Assembly (NCBI GenBank): GCA_051819765.1
Contig: JBNJGT010000001.1
Location: 42,716 to 106,715, forward strand
Length of the DNA: 64,000 bases
DNA from: Nanobdellota archaeon
GTDB lineage: Archaea > Nanobdellota > Nanobdellia > Woesearchaeales > JACJVW01
Direction: 5' to 3'
Part shown: positions 9,478-18,701 of the stretch, in pieces
How positions within the stretch are numbered: position 1 is the first letter of the stretch
Layout: each line of letters opens with the position of its first letter
Made by a program: the position numbers and the translations under genes
The notes under the pieces: generated by a model
Told to the model about the DNA's origin: nothing
What the model saw: the letters and a program-made list of their open reading frames with translations, nothing else
The model's database searches: none

Positions 9478-10014
9478 ATGAGATTGCTCGCTGGGATACT
9501 GGGTACTTTCTTATTTTGTTCTGCTTCTTATGCAGGGGATTTGCAGGTTTTTCTTTCTCGGGTGGATACCAATATGCGGAAGCAGGCGCAGGAGACTTCA
9601 GCGCGGGATGATGATACAGTCAGGGATGCGACGCTTGATGCAGTGGTTGAAGCGGTGAATGCAACCTCTCTTGGCGAGAAGGTTCGATGGGTGGAAGAGA
9701 AGATTGACCGGTTTTCAGGTGTGGGCATTGTCGGTACGGGCGAGGGTGCCAGCGTATATCATGGTAAAGGGTCTGATGCTCCAGAGAAGGAATATGAGAT
9801 CTCTCTGAGCGCGCGTATACAGGATTATAGGCCGGTGCCCTCACTCATGGTAGAATATAAAGGCCTGGATTTTGAGGCCGATTACACGGATGTGATCGGG
9901 TCGCGGCTGAGCTATAAGCCTTTAAACAAGTTTGTTCCCGGTGAGATGTCACTTCGCTCTGAATATGCTTCTGATAAGGCATCACTTGCGCTTGAATTTG
10001 AGTTTTCCTTTTGA
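9478..10014 (+). CDS. Secreted protein with OMP-like beta-barrel character (C-terminal ...LALEFEFSF)
   Basis: Signal peptide MRLLAGILGTFLFCSASYAG. About 158 mature residues with alternating hydrophobic beta-strand patterning (YEISLSARI, LMVEYKGL, SLALEFEFSF) and a terminal Phe. Confidence 0.45.
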   Translation: MRLLAGILGTFLFCSASYAGDLQVFLSRVDTNMRKQAQETSARDDDTVRDATLDAVVEAVNATSLGEKVRWVEEKIDRFSGVGIVGTGEGASVYHGKGSDAPEKEYEISLSARIQDYRPVPSLMVEYKGLDFEADYTDVIGSRLSYKPLNKFVPGEMSLRSEYASDKASLALEFEFSF

Positions 10015-10935
10015 TTTCTCAAGGGTGCTGTATGTGATTGCGCCAATGCCTGTTATCCAGCCCAAGGGGGTGATAAGCCAGGGCATGTAGGGCACTTGGT
10101 TCAAAAGCAGGAGGGTAAGCCAGCCTGCTGTGAATGCCAGGTATTTGTTCTTGATGAATATACTTCCCAGGGCAGTTGCCAAAAAGAACTTTGCGATGTA
10201 GAGCATTCCCACAAATATCCCCAAAGCCATGATTGCTGCCGGGATCCCGATGATTGTAACCATGGCAAGGGCTATTGTTGCTGGTATCACAAGAAGGGTG
10301 ATGAGTCCTGTGCCAAGAACTTTTTTAGGGTGTCTTCTGACCAAGTGTATCCGGTGTTCAGCCTGGATCCAGGGCAGATTAAAGAGGAGGAACCCCACTA
10401 GAAGGAATGAGACGAAATTGAAGGCTGTCCAGGAGATATTGAATGTGGGCTTGTGATATGTTCCGGTGATGTTAAGCCTTTTTTGTGAGGTGTAGTTGAG
10501 GTTCTGGATCTCTATGGTGGGGGCGATATAGATGTCTTTTGAATTTATGGTGGCTTTTGTGATGTTTGCTTGGATACGGGTTCTGGATGCGCCAATGGTA
10601 GCCCTTTTGATGGGGCCGCTTAGGGTTATGGTATTTGCGTAGGCGGTAAGGTTTGTTATGGGTGCATCCGTTTCAATCATATTTCCAAAGAGCAGGGCCT
10701 GGTCTACCTTCTTGTGGATGATAATCTCCTCCGCTGCAACCCTGAGGTGCTCTATGGGTGCGTTTATAATGACCTTGGATGCCACACCGTTGATTGTTTT
10801 GACAGGTGCCTCGATACGCAGTTGATTTGCTGCAACGGTTACTGAGTCCTGGGTCTCATTGAGAATGATCGTGTTCCCGCTGAGAAACTCGGCGTGGATA
10901 AGGGGAAGCAAAAGCAAGAGCAGGAGCAGTCTCAT
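9982..10935 (-). CDS. Membrane protein with N-terminal signal (MRLLLLLLLLPLIHA), an extracellular domain and C-terminal multi-TM region
   Basis: 317-aa ORF with a poly-Leu signal and 4 to 5 C-terminal hydrophobic helices. Its 3' end overlaps the convergent 9478..10014 by 33 nt. Confidence 0.5.
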   Translation of the reverse strand: MRLLLLLLLLPLIHAEFLSGNTIILNETQDSVTVAANQLRIEAPVKTINGVASKVIINAPIEHLRVAAEEIIIHKKVDQALLFGNMIETDAPITNLTAYANTITLSGPIKRATIGASRTRIQANITKATINSKDIYIAPTIEIQNLNYTSQKRLNITGTYHKPTFNISWTAFNFVSFLLVGFLLFNLPWIQAEHRIHLVRRHPKKVLGTGLITLLVIPATIALAMVTIIGIPAAIMALGIFVGMLYIAKFFLATALGSIFIKNKYLAFTAGWLTLLLLNQVPYMPWLITPLGWITGIGAITYSTLEKSKGKLKFKRK

Positions 10936-11303
10936 GCTATCACGATCTTTCTCTTTCTGGGTCCGTCAAATTCGCAGAAAAAAATGCCTTGCCAGGTGCC
11001 AAGGGCAAGTTTGCCGTCGATGATTGGAATCGTGACACTTGCGCCCATGAGGGATGCCTTGATATGACCGTCACTGTTGCCTTCAGCATGCTTGTAGTTG
11101 TCATGTTCCGGGACCAGCTCGCGTAATTTTCGCAGGATGTCCGCCTTGACCGTGGGGTCCGCGTTCTCGTTGATGGTTACCCCTGCTGTGGTATGCGGGA
11201 CGTAGACGGTGACGCTGGATGCGGAGGGGTCCATGTGCTGCTGTACTTGGTCGCTAATGTCAATAAGCTCGTTTTTTGTATTGCTTTGGATTGGAAGAAT
11301 CAT
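10932..11303 (-). CDS. YjbQ/UPF0047 family protein (secondary thiamine-phosphate synthase-like)
   Basis: VPHTTAGVTINENADPTV...HAEGNSDGHIKASLMGASVTIPIIDGKLALGTWQGIFFCEFDGPR matches the YjbQ signature. Confidence 0.75.
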   Translation of the reverse strand: MILPIQSNTKNELIDISDQVQQHMDPSASSVTVYVPHTTAGVTINENADPTVKADILRKLRELVPEHDNYKHAEGNSDGHIKASLMGASVTIPIIDGKLALGTWQGIFFCEFDGPRKRKIVIA

Positions 11304-11339
11304 AGGTAGTGCATAAATAAAAGAAGTATAAAAATATTG

Positions 11340-12284
11340 TTACGCTTCCTTGAAGCCGTGCTCCTCGACGCGGAAGGTGCACTCGCCGTCGGCAAGGTTT
11401 GGGGCGTCGATAAGCTTTGCGACCCGGGAGCCTTTCTTCCCTTTCCGCAGGTAAATCCGGAAGGTTGAGGCGTGGGCTACCACGTGGCCACCGATCGCCT
11501 GGGTGGGGTCGCCAAAGAACATGTCAGGCTTTGCCATGACCTGGTTGGTGACATAGACGCAGGCATTGTAGGTGTCAGCGATCTTCAAGAGCTGGTGCAT
11601 GTGACGGTTCAGCTTCTGCTGACGCTCTGCAAGGGTGCCTCGTCCCACGAATTCTGCCCGAAAGTGTGCGGTCAAGGAGTCCACGATGAGGGCCTTCACT
11701 TTGAGGTTTTCCTTGGTTATGAGGTCCTCAGCCTTCTCTGCCAGGAGGATCTGGTGGTCTGAGTTATAGGCGCGGGCCACCTTGATGTTTTTGAGGACCC
11801 GCTCGGGCTCCAGGCCTGCTCCTTCAGCCAGCTGGATGATCCGTTCAGGACGGAAGGTGTTCTCGGTATCGATGTAGACTGCTACACATTCTGGGTCATC
11901 CACCTGGCAGCGTACTGCCAGCATGTGGCCGATCTGGGTCTTTCCTGAACCGAACTCACCGAAGCACTCGGTGATCGCGCCGGTCTCAAGGCCTCCGCCG
12001 AGGAGCTCGTTGAGTGCCTCTGAACCGGTTGAGATCTTCTTGATGGTTGCTCGGCGGTTCAGGATATCCTCTCCTGACTCAAAACCCATGTCAAGGCTGT
12101 TTCGCGCGGCATTGATCATCTTCCTGGAGGCGGATTCGGTGATGCCTGCCGCATCCATCATCTCTCCGGGGCTTGAGACCGCAATGCTCATGAGGTTCTG
12201 GTATCCAGCCTCACGCAGCTTGTCTGCTGTTGCAGCTCCAACTCCTGGTAGGTCTTCGATTGACATTTCACTCATCATAATCAC
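11340..12284 (-). CDS. radA: DNA repair and recombination protein RadA
   Basis: N-terminal HhH ([17 protein letters not shown]), Walker [10 protein letters not shown], Walker B LIVDS, and full RecA-fold length of 314 aa. Confidence 0.95.
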   Translation of the reverse strand: MIMMSEMSIEDLPGVGAATADKLREAGYQNLMSIAVSSPGEMMDAAGITESASRKMINAARNSLDMGFESGEDILNRRATIKKISTGSEALNELLGGGLETGAITECFGEFGSGKTQIGHMLAVRCQVDDPECVAVYIDTENTFRPERIIQLAEGAGLEPERVLKNIKVARAYNSDHQILLAEKAEDLITKENLKVKALIVDSLTAHFRAEFVGRGTLAERQQKLNRHMHQLLKIADTYNACVYVTNQVMAKPDMFFGDPTQAIGGHVVAHASTFRIYLRKGKKGSRVAKLIDAPNLADGECTFRVEEHGFKEA

Positions 12285-12562
12285 CTGATATTTACTTCCT
12301 CAATAGATTCGGTGTCCTTAAGAATAAGGTACTCATACGCCTTCTGAAGTGCGAGAATCGCTTTGGGGATGTCGTTCACCCGCAAAGAATTTGCGTTCTG
12401 CCAGTTGCCATCCTTATCCTGATATCGTCGTTGGAGGTTGATGGTACTGAAGGAGACGTTTTCGCCCTTCTTATTGGTGGTATCGTTTTTCCAAATGCTT
12501 GCGGACACTGCGCCCGCATCGAATTTCTTTTCCGGTCTTTTTCCATCTGTCACACATTTCAC
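12281..12562 (-). CDS. Small PC4/Sub1-like ssDNA-binding protein (tentative); stop overlaps the radA start
   Basis: 93 aa. ...[43 protein letters not shown] resembles the PC4 C-terminal domain pattern (R.Y.D.DG.W...SL...D....L..A...L). 4-nt overlap with radA. Confidence 0.4.
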   Translation of the reverse strand: MKCVTDGKRPEKKFDAGAVSASIWKNDTTNKKGENVSFSTINLQRRYQDKDGNWQNANSLRVNDIPKAILALQKAYEYLILKDTESIEEVNIR

Positions 12563-12646
12563 CTCTTGCTTGTCGCATCTTGTTTCACTTCCGCTTGGAA
12601 GGAGGTATATGGTGAGATGTGCTTGTCTTTTATATAGCTTACCTGC

Positions 12647-13081
12647 CTATGTCCAGTGCTTGAGGAGGAATCCTGTGGTGAGGGCTGCGAGGAGCAGGTA
12701 TTCCATGATGGAGCCGTTTCTGATGAATCCTTTGAGCTTGTATCTGAAGGGCCAGAACAGAGTGGTGCCTTTTGGATTGAGGCTGTCCAGGATGAGGTGG
12801 CTTGCATATCCTACTATGAAGGGGAGTGTGAATGCTGGTGCGTAGAGGAAGATGACGGCTGCACAGATTCCCATGACGAGGATTGAATGGATTGGGCCAC
12901 GATGGGTAAGCCCGATTCTCAGAAGCCAGGAGAGGGGTTTGAAGCGTTTTCCCAGCCAGGATTCAGCGGTGTCGATGTCTGGGAGGAGTGATGCGAGGAT
13001 GGCAACAACTCCCTGGAGAAGGGTAAAATTGAATAGGAAGGAAAGAATGAGTGCGGTTATCGCGTGGGTCTCATATCTCAT
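12647..13081 (-). CDS. Membrane-bound metal-dependent hydrolase, YdjM/DUF457-like
   Basis: 144 aa, 3 to 4 TM helices, with GLTHRGPIHS and ASHLILDSL His-rich motifs. 4-nt overlap with the upstream RPA gene. Confidence 0.55.
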   Translation of the reverse strand: MRYETHAITALILSFLFNFTLLQGVVAILASLLPDIDTAESWLGKRFKPLSWLLRIGLTHRGPIHSILVMGICAAVIFLYAPAFTLPFIVGYASHLILDSLNPKGTTLFWPFRYKLKGFIRNGSIMEYLLLAALTTGFLLKHWT

Positions 13082-14070
13082 GCTTGTTTGAGTTCCTCAT
13101 CAGGGTCAGGATTGCGATTCACGGTGAATGCCACAAATTCCAGGCGATCGAACATCTGGTTTTGCTGGGTCTTGCCCTGGACCTTGATGAGTTCTCCCAG
13201 GAGGTCGTTCTTGATCTGGGTGAACTTTTCGGGATCTGTCCTGAACTGCTGCATCTCATCCTCGGTCTTGTCAAGAAGGGCTGCGGCGGTGTTCCTGAAA
13301 CAGACTGTCCGGATCGTCTCTGTTCCATCGTCGAGGACAAAGTTGAGCAGGTAGGCATAGGCAGGATCGATTGAGCCATGTTGGGGGCAGTTGAATTGTC
13401 CGTCCTGGGGTTTGGTGCGTTTTCCGCATTCCGGGCAGACCTCATAGAACTTGGGGTCAAAGAGCTGGACGATGTGGCCAAGGAGCTCTACACCATCCTC
13501 ATTGTCCTGCAGTTCATTGATGTGCTTTCGTTTTCTTGAGGAAGTCTTGACCTCGATCTCTTCGCCTTCGGGATTGATCTCGATTGTGGAGGAGTCGTTG
13601 AGGTGGATCTCCTTGAAATCAGGATTGCGCTGGTTCTGCTTGGCAAACCCGTTGGTGACTTTGAGGATATTGTCCTGTTCCAGCTTTTTGAGGGTATCGG
13701 CCTTGTCATTCCACATGACGATGCGGATTGTGCCGGTCTCATCAGCGATCATGCAGGATCCAACTTTTCCAGAGCGTTGCTCGTTCTTGAATTCCCGGAT
13801 GTCATAGACTGCGGTGACCTTCCCTGTCACCTCTACGTTCCTGTTGCCGGCAGCGATATCTTGTATCTTCTGTTTGCCGCTTTCCTCAATAAGTTTGACA
13901 CCGAGCTCGTTTGCGATGATGTGTGCCGCTCCTTCTTTAGAGATGAGGCCTGTGAGTTGCGTGAGTTTTTCCTGGATCTTTCCTTCTATCTCTGATTGGC
14001 TTTTGCCAGACTGTTCTGATATCATTGTGACTGCTTTGTCATACGAAATGTTCATCATATCACCTATCAA
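13078..14070 (-). CDS. Replication protein A-like ssDNA-binding protein (OB folds plus C4 zinc ribbon)
   Basis: 330 aa. OB-fold segments with the VTGKVTAVYDIREF pattern. Zn ribbon CPECGKRTKPQDGQFNCPQHG. Confidence 0.8.
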   Translation of the reverse strand: MIGDMMNISYDKAVTMISEQSGKSQSEIEGKIQEKLTQLTGLISKEGAAHIIANELGVKLIEESGKQKIQDIAAGNRNVEVTGKVTAVYDIREFKNEQRSGKVGSCMIADETGTIRIVMWNDKADTLKKLEQDNILKVTNGFAKQNQRNPDFKEIHLNDSSTIEINPEGEEIEVKTSSRKRKHINELQDNEDGVELLGHIVQLFDPKFYEVCPECGKRTKPQDGQFNCPQHGSIDPAYAYLLNFVLDDGTETIRTVCFRNTAAALLDKTEDEMQQFRTDPEKFTQIKNDLLGELIKVQGKTQQNQMFDRLEFVAFTVNRNPDPDEELKQA

Positions 14071-14339
14071 ATCGGTATCTGAAGGAGTTTATAAGTTTTT
14101 ATGTCTTTTGGAGTCTTTCGAAAAAGTAACTTGCATCATTGTTGCGAAGGTATCCTTATAGAAGGTGAAAGGTGTTGTGCATAACGTTCGGAGCGCGACA
14201 TCACTCCAGAATCCCTTGCAGGGGGTCACTTTAAAAAAGAAACCGAAGTCGATCTTAACGGAATCATTCGAGAACTCTGCTTTTGGCCAAAACCTTTATA
14301 TATGACACTGTCTGGTTTTTTATAAAAGAGGTGTCGATT

Positions 14340-16751
14340 ATGCAGAAGGAAAGTAAGTTCATTCTATGGTTTAATGAAATAGGTATTTCTGATGTTCATC
14401 TGGTAGGTGGGAAAAACGCCTCATTGGGAGAGATGCATCGTACATTGACAAAAAAGGGTGTTGCTGTACCCAATGGGTTTGCAATCACTGCGTATGCCTA
14501 TCGGTATTTCGTCGAGAGTGCGGGTCTGACCCAAAAGATTCGCAAAATCCTTAAGGGCCTTGATACCGGTAACATGAAGAACCTGAGCAGTAAGGGCCAT
14601 CAGGTCAGGGAGCTTATCCGTAACACGCCGTTTCCAAAAGAGCTTGAGCACGAAATCCTGCAGGCCTATGACAAGATGTGTGGCCAGTACCGGGAGAAGG
14701 ACACTGATGTTGCTGTCCGAAGCAGTGCCACTGCTGAAGACCTGCCTGATGCAAGCTTTGCCGGACAACAGGAGACATATCTGAATATCAAGGGAAAGCA
14801 TACGCTGCTTGAATCCTGTAAGAAGTGCTTTGCTTCCCTTTTCACCAACCGGGCAATCTCGTATCGGAATGACAAGCAGTTTGACCACTTCAACGTGTAT
14901 CTGTCCATCGCTGTACAGAAGATGGTAAGAAGCGATCTGGCGTGTTCAGGGGTCATGTTCTCTATTGATACTGAAAGCGGGTTCGAAAACTCTGTCTTTA
15001 TAACCGGTGCATATGGACTGGGTGAGAACGTGGTCCAGGGTGCAGTCAATCCGGATGAGTACTATGTGTTCAAGCCTACGCTCAGGCAGGGACATAATGC
15101 GATAATCTCAAAGAATGTGGGCCGGAAAAAGATCAAGATGGTCTATAGTCATGGCGGCAATACCTATACAAAGAATGTGAATGTGCCTGAAGAAGACCGA
15201 AAGGCGTTCGTATTGACTGATAAGGAAGTCCTCAAACTTGCTCGGTGGGCTGTGGAGATCGAGGAGCATTATTCCAAGAAGCGTGGTAAGTTCACACCGA
15301 TGGACATGGAGTGGGCAAAGGATGGCAAGAGCGGGAAGCTCTTTGTTGTGCAGGCACGCCCTGAAACTGTCCAGAGCCAGGTTGACCGGACAAAATACGA
15401 AGAGTATGTGATGAAAGGTACGGGAAAGGTCATCAGTAAAGGGAAAAGCGTCGGCAATCGCATCGGTTCGGGTGTGACAAATGTCATCAAGGATGTCAAA
15501 GACATCGGTAAGTTCAAGAAAGGGGAAGTGCTTGTTACAGACATGACCGATCCTGATTGGGAACCGATCATGAAGATTGCAAGCGCGATTGTCACCAATC
15601 GTGGCGGGCGGACTTGTCATGCGGCAATCATCTCCCGGGAACTGGGTATCCCTTGTGTTGTGGGGACGCTTGATGCGACGGAGAAGGTCAGAAACAAGCA
15701 GAAGGTCACAGTCTCCTGTGCAGAAGGGAATGATGGCTATGTGTATGATGGTATCCTCAAGTATGAGGTCAATACTGTGGACCTGAAGAAGATGCCGCAT
15801 ACGAAGACAAAGATCATGATGAATGTTGGAAGCCCTGAACAGGCATTCAACCTGAGCTTTGTTCCCAACAGTGGTGTTGGTCTTGCGCGTGAGGAGTTCA
15901 TCATCAATTCCTATGTCAAGATTCATCCTAACGCGTTGATCGACTACAACAAGTTGACTGACAAGAAACTCAAAAAACGCATTGATGAGTTGACGTACGG
16001 GTATAAGGACAAGAAGGAGTTTTATGTAGAGAAGCTTGCTTTTGGTATCGGAAGCATCGCTGCCGGGTTCTATCCCCATGATGTCATTGTGCGCTTGTCT
16101 GATTTCAAGACCAACGAGTATGCGAATCTGATTGGTGGCAAGCACTATGAGCCGGTGGAGGATAACCCCATGATAGGATGGCGTGGCGCATCCCGATACT
16201 ATAACCCTAACTTCAGGAAAGCCTTCGGCCTTGAATGCCAGGCACTCAAACGAGTGCGGGATGAGATGGGTCTTACCAATGTGAAGGTCATGGTTCCGTT
16301 CTGCCGGACTGTGGACGAGGGAAAGAAGGTCATAAAGGAGATGGAGAAGCATGGTCTCAAGCAGGGAAAGAATAAGCTTGAGGTTTATGTGATGTGTGAG
16401 ATTCCAGCGAATGTCATCCTGGTTGATGAGTTCTCCAAGATCTTTGATGGCTTCTCAATCGGAACCAATGATCTGACGCAGCTTGTGCTGGGCCTTGATC
16501 GGGATTCAGAGATTGTTGCTGATATCTATGATGAACGAAACGAGGCAGTGAAGAACTTCGTGAGCCAGGTTATTGCGGGGGCTAAGCGGAACAAGCGAAA
16601 GATCGGTATCTGCGGGCAGGCACCAAGCGATTACCCTGAATTTGCTGAGTTTCTGGTAAAGTGTGGTATAGATTCTATCTCACTGAATCCGGATACGGTT
16701 GTCCCGACCACTTTGCGCATCGCTGCGATGGAAAAGAAAGTCCGAAAATGA
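14340..16751 (+). CDS. ppsA: Phosphoenolpyruvate synthase (pyruvate, water dikinase)
   Basis: ATG at 14340 preceded by AAAGAGGTG. ATP-grasp N-domain, phosphohistidine region GGRTCHAAIISRELGIPCVVG, and C-terminal PEP-utilising domain. About 803 aa. Confidence 0.95.
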   Translation: MQKESKFILWFNEIGISDVHLVGGKNASLGEMHRTLTKKGVAVPNGFAITAYAYRYFVESAGLTQKIRKILKGLDTGNMKNLSSKGHQVRELIRNTPFPKELEHEILQAYDKMCGQYREKDTDVAVRSSATAEDLPDASFAGQQETYLNIKGKHTLLESCKKCFASLFTNRAISYRNDKQFDHFNVYLSIAVQKMVRSDLACSGVMFSIDTESGFENSVFITGAYGLGENVVQGAVNPDEYYVFKPTLRQGHNAIISKNVGRKKIKMVYSHGGNTYTKNVNVPEEDRKAFVLTDKEVLKLARWAVEIEEHYSKKRGKFTPMDMEWAKDGKSGKLFVVQARPETVQSQVDRTKYEEYVMKGTGKVISKGKSVGNRIGSGVTNVIKDVKDIGKFKKGEVLVTDMTDPDWEPIMKIASAIVTNRGGRTCHAAIISRELGIPCVVGTLDATEKVRNKQKVTVSCAEGNDGYVYDGILKYEVNTVDLKKMPHTKTKIMMNVGSPEQAFNLSFVPNSGVGLAREEFIINSYVKIHPNALIDYNKLTDKKLKKRIDELTYGYKDKKEFYVEKLAFGIGSIAAGFYPHDVIVRLSDFKTNEYANLIGGKHYEPVEDNPMIGWRGASRYYNPNFRKAFGLECQALKRVRDEMGLTNVKVMVPFCRTVDEGKKVIKEMEKHGLKQGKNKLEVYVMCEIPANVILVDEFSKIFDGFSIGTNDLTQLVLGLDRDSEIVADIYDERNEAVKNFVSQVIAGAKRNKRKIGICGQAPSDYPEFAEFLVKCGIDSISLNPDTVVPTTLRIAAMEKKVRK

Positions 16752-16785
16752 TTTTTTAGTTCTTTTATCTCTTTTTCTTGAATGT
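16752..16785 (+). terminator. Oligo-T tracts immediately after the ppsA stop (archaeal-type terminator signal)
   Basis: tgattttttagttcttttatctctttttcttg. Confidence 0.4.
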
Positions 16786-17498
16786 TCTTTGGGTACGTAT
16801 CCTGAGTTAGATAGGGATCGGATTGCAGATGAGATATTGTTTGATCTTGACGATCAATTCAGGCTTGGCGTATCACTGGAATTTATATCAATTACGCGAT
16901 GCAAATTGGGATTCTCTCGGTGATGAATATGAAGCACTGTATTCCAAAAATTTCACCTTAGTGGACGCTTGTGGTGATCCTATGTACTGGAAGCAAAGCA
17001 TTACCCAGGGTTTTAATCCGTCTCATGGCCCCATCTTTCTTCAGGAACCTTAGATAAAACGATAGTCTTGGTTGAAGACGGGTATGAGCATAATGCAACG
17101 TTTTTTGTTTCTGTGTCCATTGGATATAAGAGCATTTCTCACTCTCGAAAAATGTAAGGAACGCTATGGAAGTCTTATTATTGGCTGCTACGGATCAATG
17201 CGAGGTCCGTATATGTGATAGCATACAGAATGAGTCTTTTCGGATGCATCTATGATGTTATCAAAAAGAAGCCTGGACGATTCGCAGCAGATGATTGTGA
17301 ATCCATCCGTGATGAGCGTATTCACAAGCATTATATTGGTTAATCTTGCAAAAATTACCTCACGTGATTTCTATAACAGCATTTCCGGATCTTTCCCGGT
17401 GGCTTCCCAGTCGAAAGTTGGGCATCTCTCCTGGGCTACTATTGATGCGGTCCATTGATGGAAACTCTTTTATACCAGTAGACCTGTTGAATGCAAAT

Positions 17499-18701
17499 AT
17501 GAAAGGGCAGATTGCTGTTTTTTTGATTCTTGGTCTGATAATTATCGCCTCTTTCATACTCGTTTATGCCTTAAATAAAACAAGCATGTTAGAGGAAAAC
17601 GTGCATGCCATCCGGACCACCCCTGAGATGAATGTTATGCAGATACGTGCAAATATCTCCAGCTGTCTCCAGCAGCAATTCGATACTGTCCTTGAAACCG
17701 CTCTGCATCAAGGTGGTGTCTATTATACAGATGTGGATTCAAAGGAGTATGCTGTGCAGTCACAAGGGGATCATGTGGTCCCATTCTTCTATCAGTATGG
17801 GAGGCGGGATATCCCTACCACACAGCAGATCATCAATAATCTCTCTGCTGCTCTTGTGATTGAGAGCAGGCACTGTTCTAATGTCTCTGATGTTGCTGTA
17901 TTTCCTTCAGTCGGTGAGCGTGTGAGTGCACGAATCAATTTCCCGGTTCAGGTCTCAACAGAAAATAAGATTGTCACTCTCGAGGATTTTCATGTGCAGT
18001 CGCATCTTAACGTATCCAACTTCATCAATATCAGCCACCAAGTGGACCAATTCCAAAAAAGAGGATTTTGCGTCAGTTGTCTCAATGAGCTCCCAGAGGT
18101 GAGTTACAGGGAATGGGTCTATGAGGACCGGGTGGATCGGCTTTATAGCGTCAATGATACGTTCTATTTTGCGCATCGTATCAATCGCTCCCTTGGTGTT
18201 GCCCAGAGTGCGGTGTTGTTGGAAGATGTCCCTGATCAGTATGCAACCGCCAATTATCCTTTTGTGTATAATCTGACATTAAGCGGTCGGGGGGTTGAGA
18301 TGCGGGACAATACAGACTTGTTTGAAGTCGAAGAAGGTAAGATCAATTTTACTCCCGGTCTCGAGGATGTGGGGAGACACCTTATCGCCATCACTGCGGA
18401 GAACTCTCAAGGTTCCAAGACTGTATTTTTCAATCTTACAGTCGATACTCTGGTATGCGTGCCAACTATCCACTATATCGGAGGACATAGTGTTGGTGTG
18501 GGTGAGCCATTCATCTATAATGTCACGGCAACATGTGATGAACCTGTCTTCTTTTTTGATGATACTGAGTTATTCAATATCTCAGATGATGGAATGATCA
18601 ATTTCACACCAGAGGTCAAAGGGGAGTATGTGTTTAACATATCTGTCTTAAGTAATAGCGGTGGTACTGATAGCCAGGATATGCAGTTGAGGGTAGAATG
18701 A
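17499..18701 (+). CDS. Type-II membrane-anchored extracellular protein with cadherin-like/Ig-like repeats and many N-glycosylation sequons
   Basis: Start MKGQIAVFLILGLIIIASFILVYAL (signal anchor). Two C-terminal repeats: DLFEVEEGKINFTPGLEDVGRHLIAITAENSQG and ELFNISDDGMINFTPEVKGEYVFNISVLSNSGG. Stop overlaps the next gene. Confidence 0.5.
   Translation: MKGQIAVFLILGLIIIASFILVYALNKTSMLEENVHAIRTTPEMNVMQIRANISSCLQQQFDTVLETALHQGGVYYTDVDSKEYAVQSQGDHVVPFFYQYGRRDIPTTQQIINNLSAALVIESRHCSNVSDVAVFPSVGERVSARINFPVQVSTENKIVTLEDFHVQSHLNVSNFINISHQVDQFQKRGFCVSCLNELPEVSYREWVYEDRVDRLYSVNDTFYFAHRINRSLGVAQSAVLLEDVPDQYATANYPFVYNLTLSGRGVEMRDNTDLFEVEEGKINFTPGLEDVGRHLIAITAENSQGSKTVFFNLTVDTLVCVPTIHYIGGHSVGVGEPFIYNVTATCDEPVFFFDDTELFNISDDGMINFTPEVKGEYVFNISVLSNSGGTDSQDMQLRVE

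Noticed and set aside
15108-16352. 414-aa minus-strand ORF
   Set aside because: Antisense to ppsA. Leu/His-rich shadow frame with no motifs.
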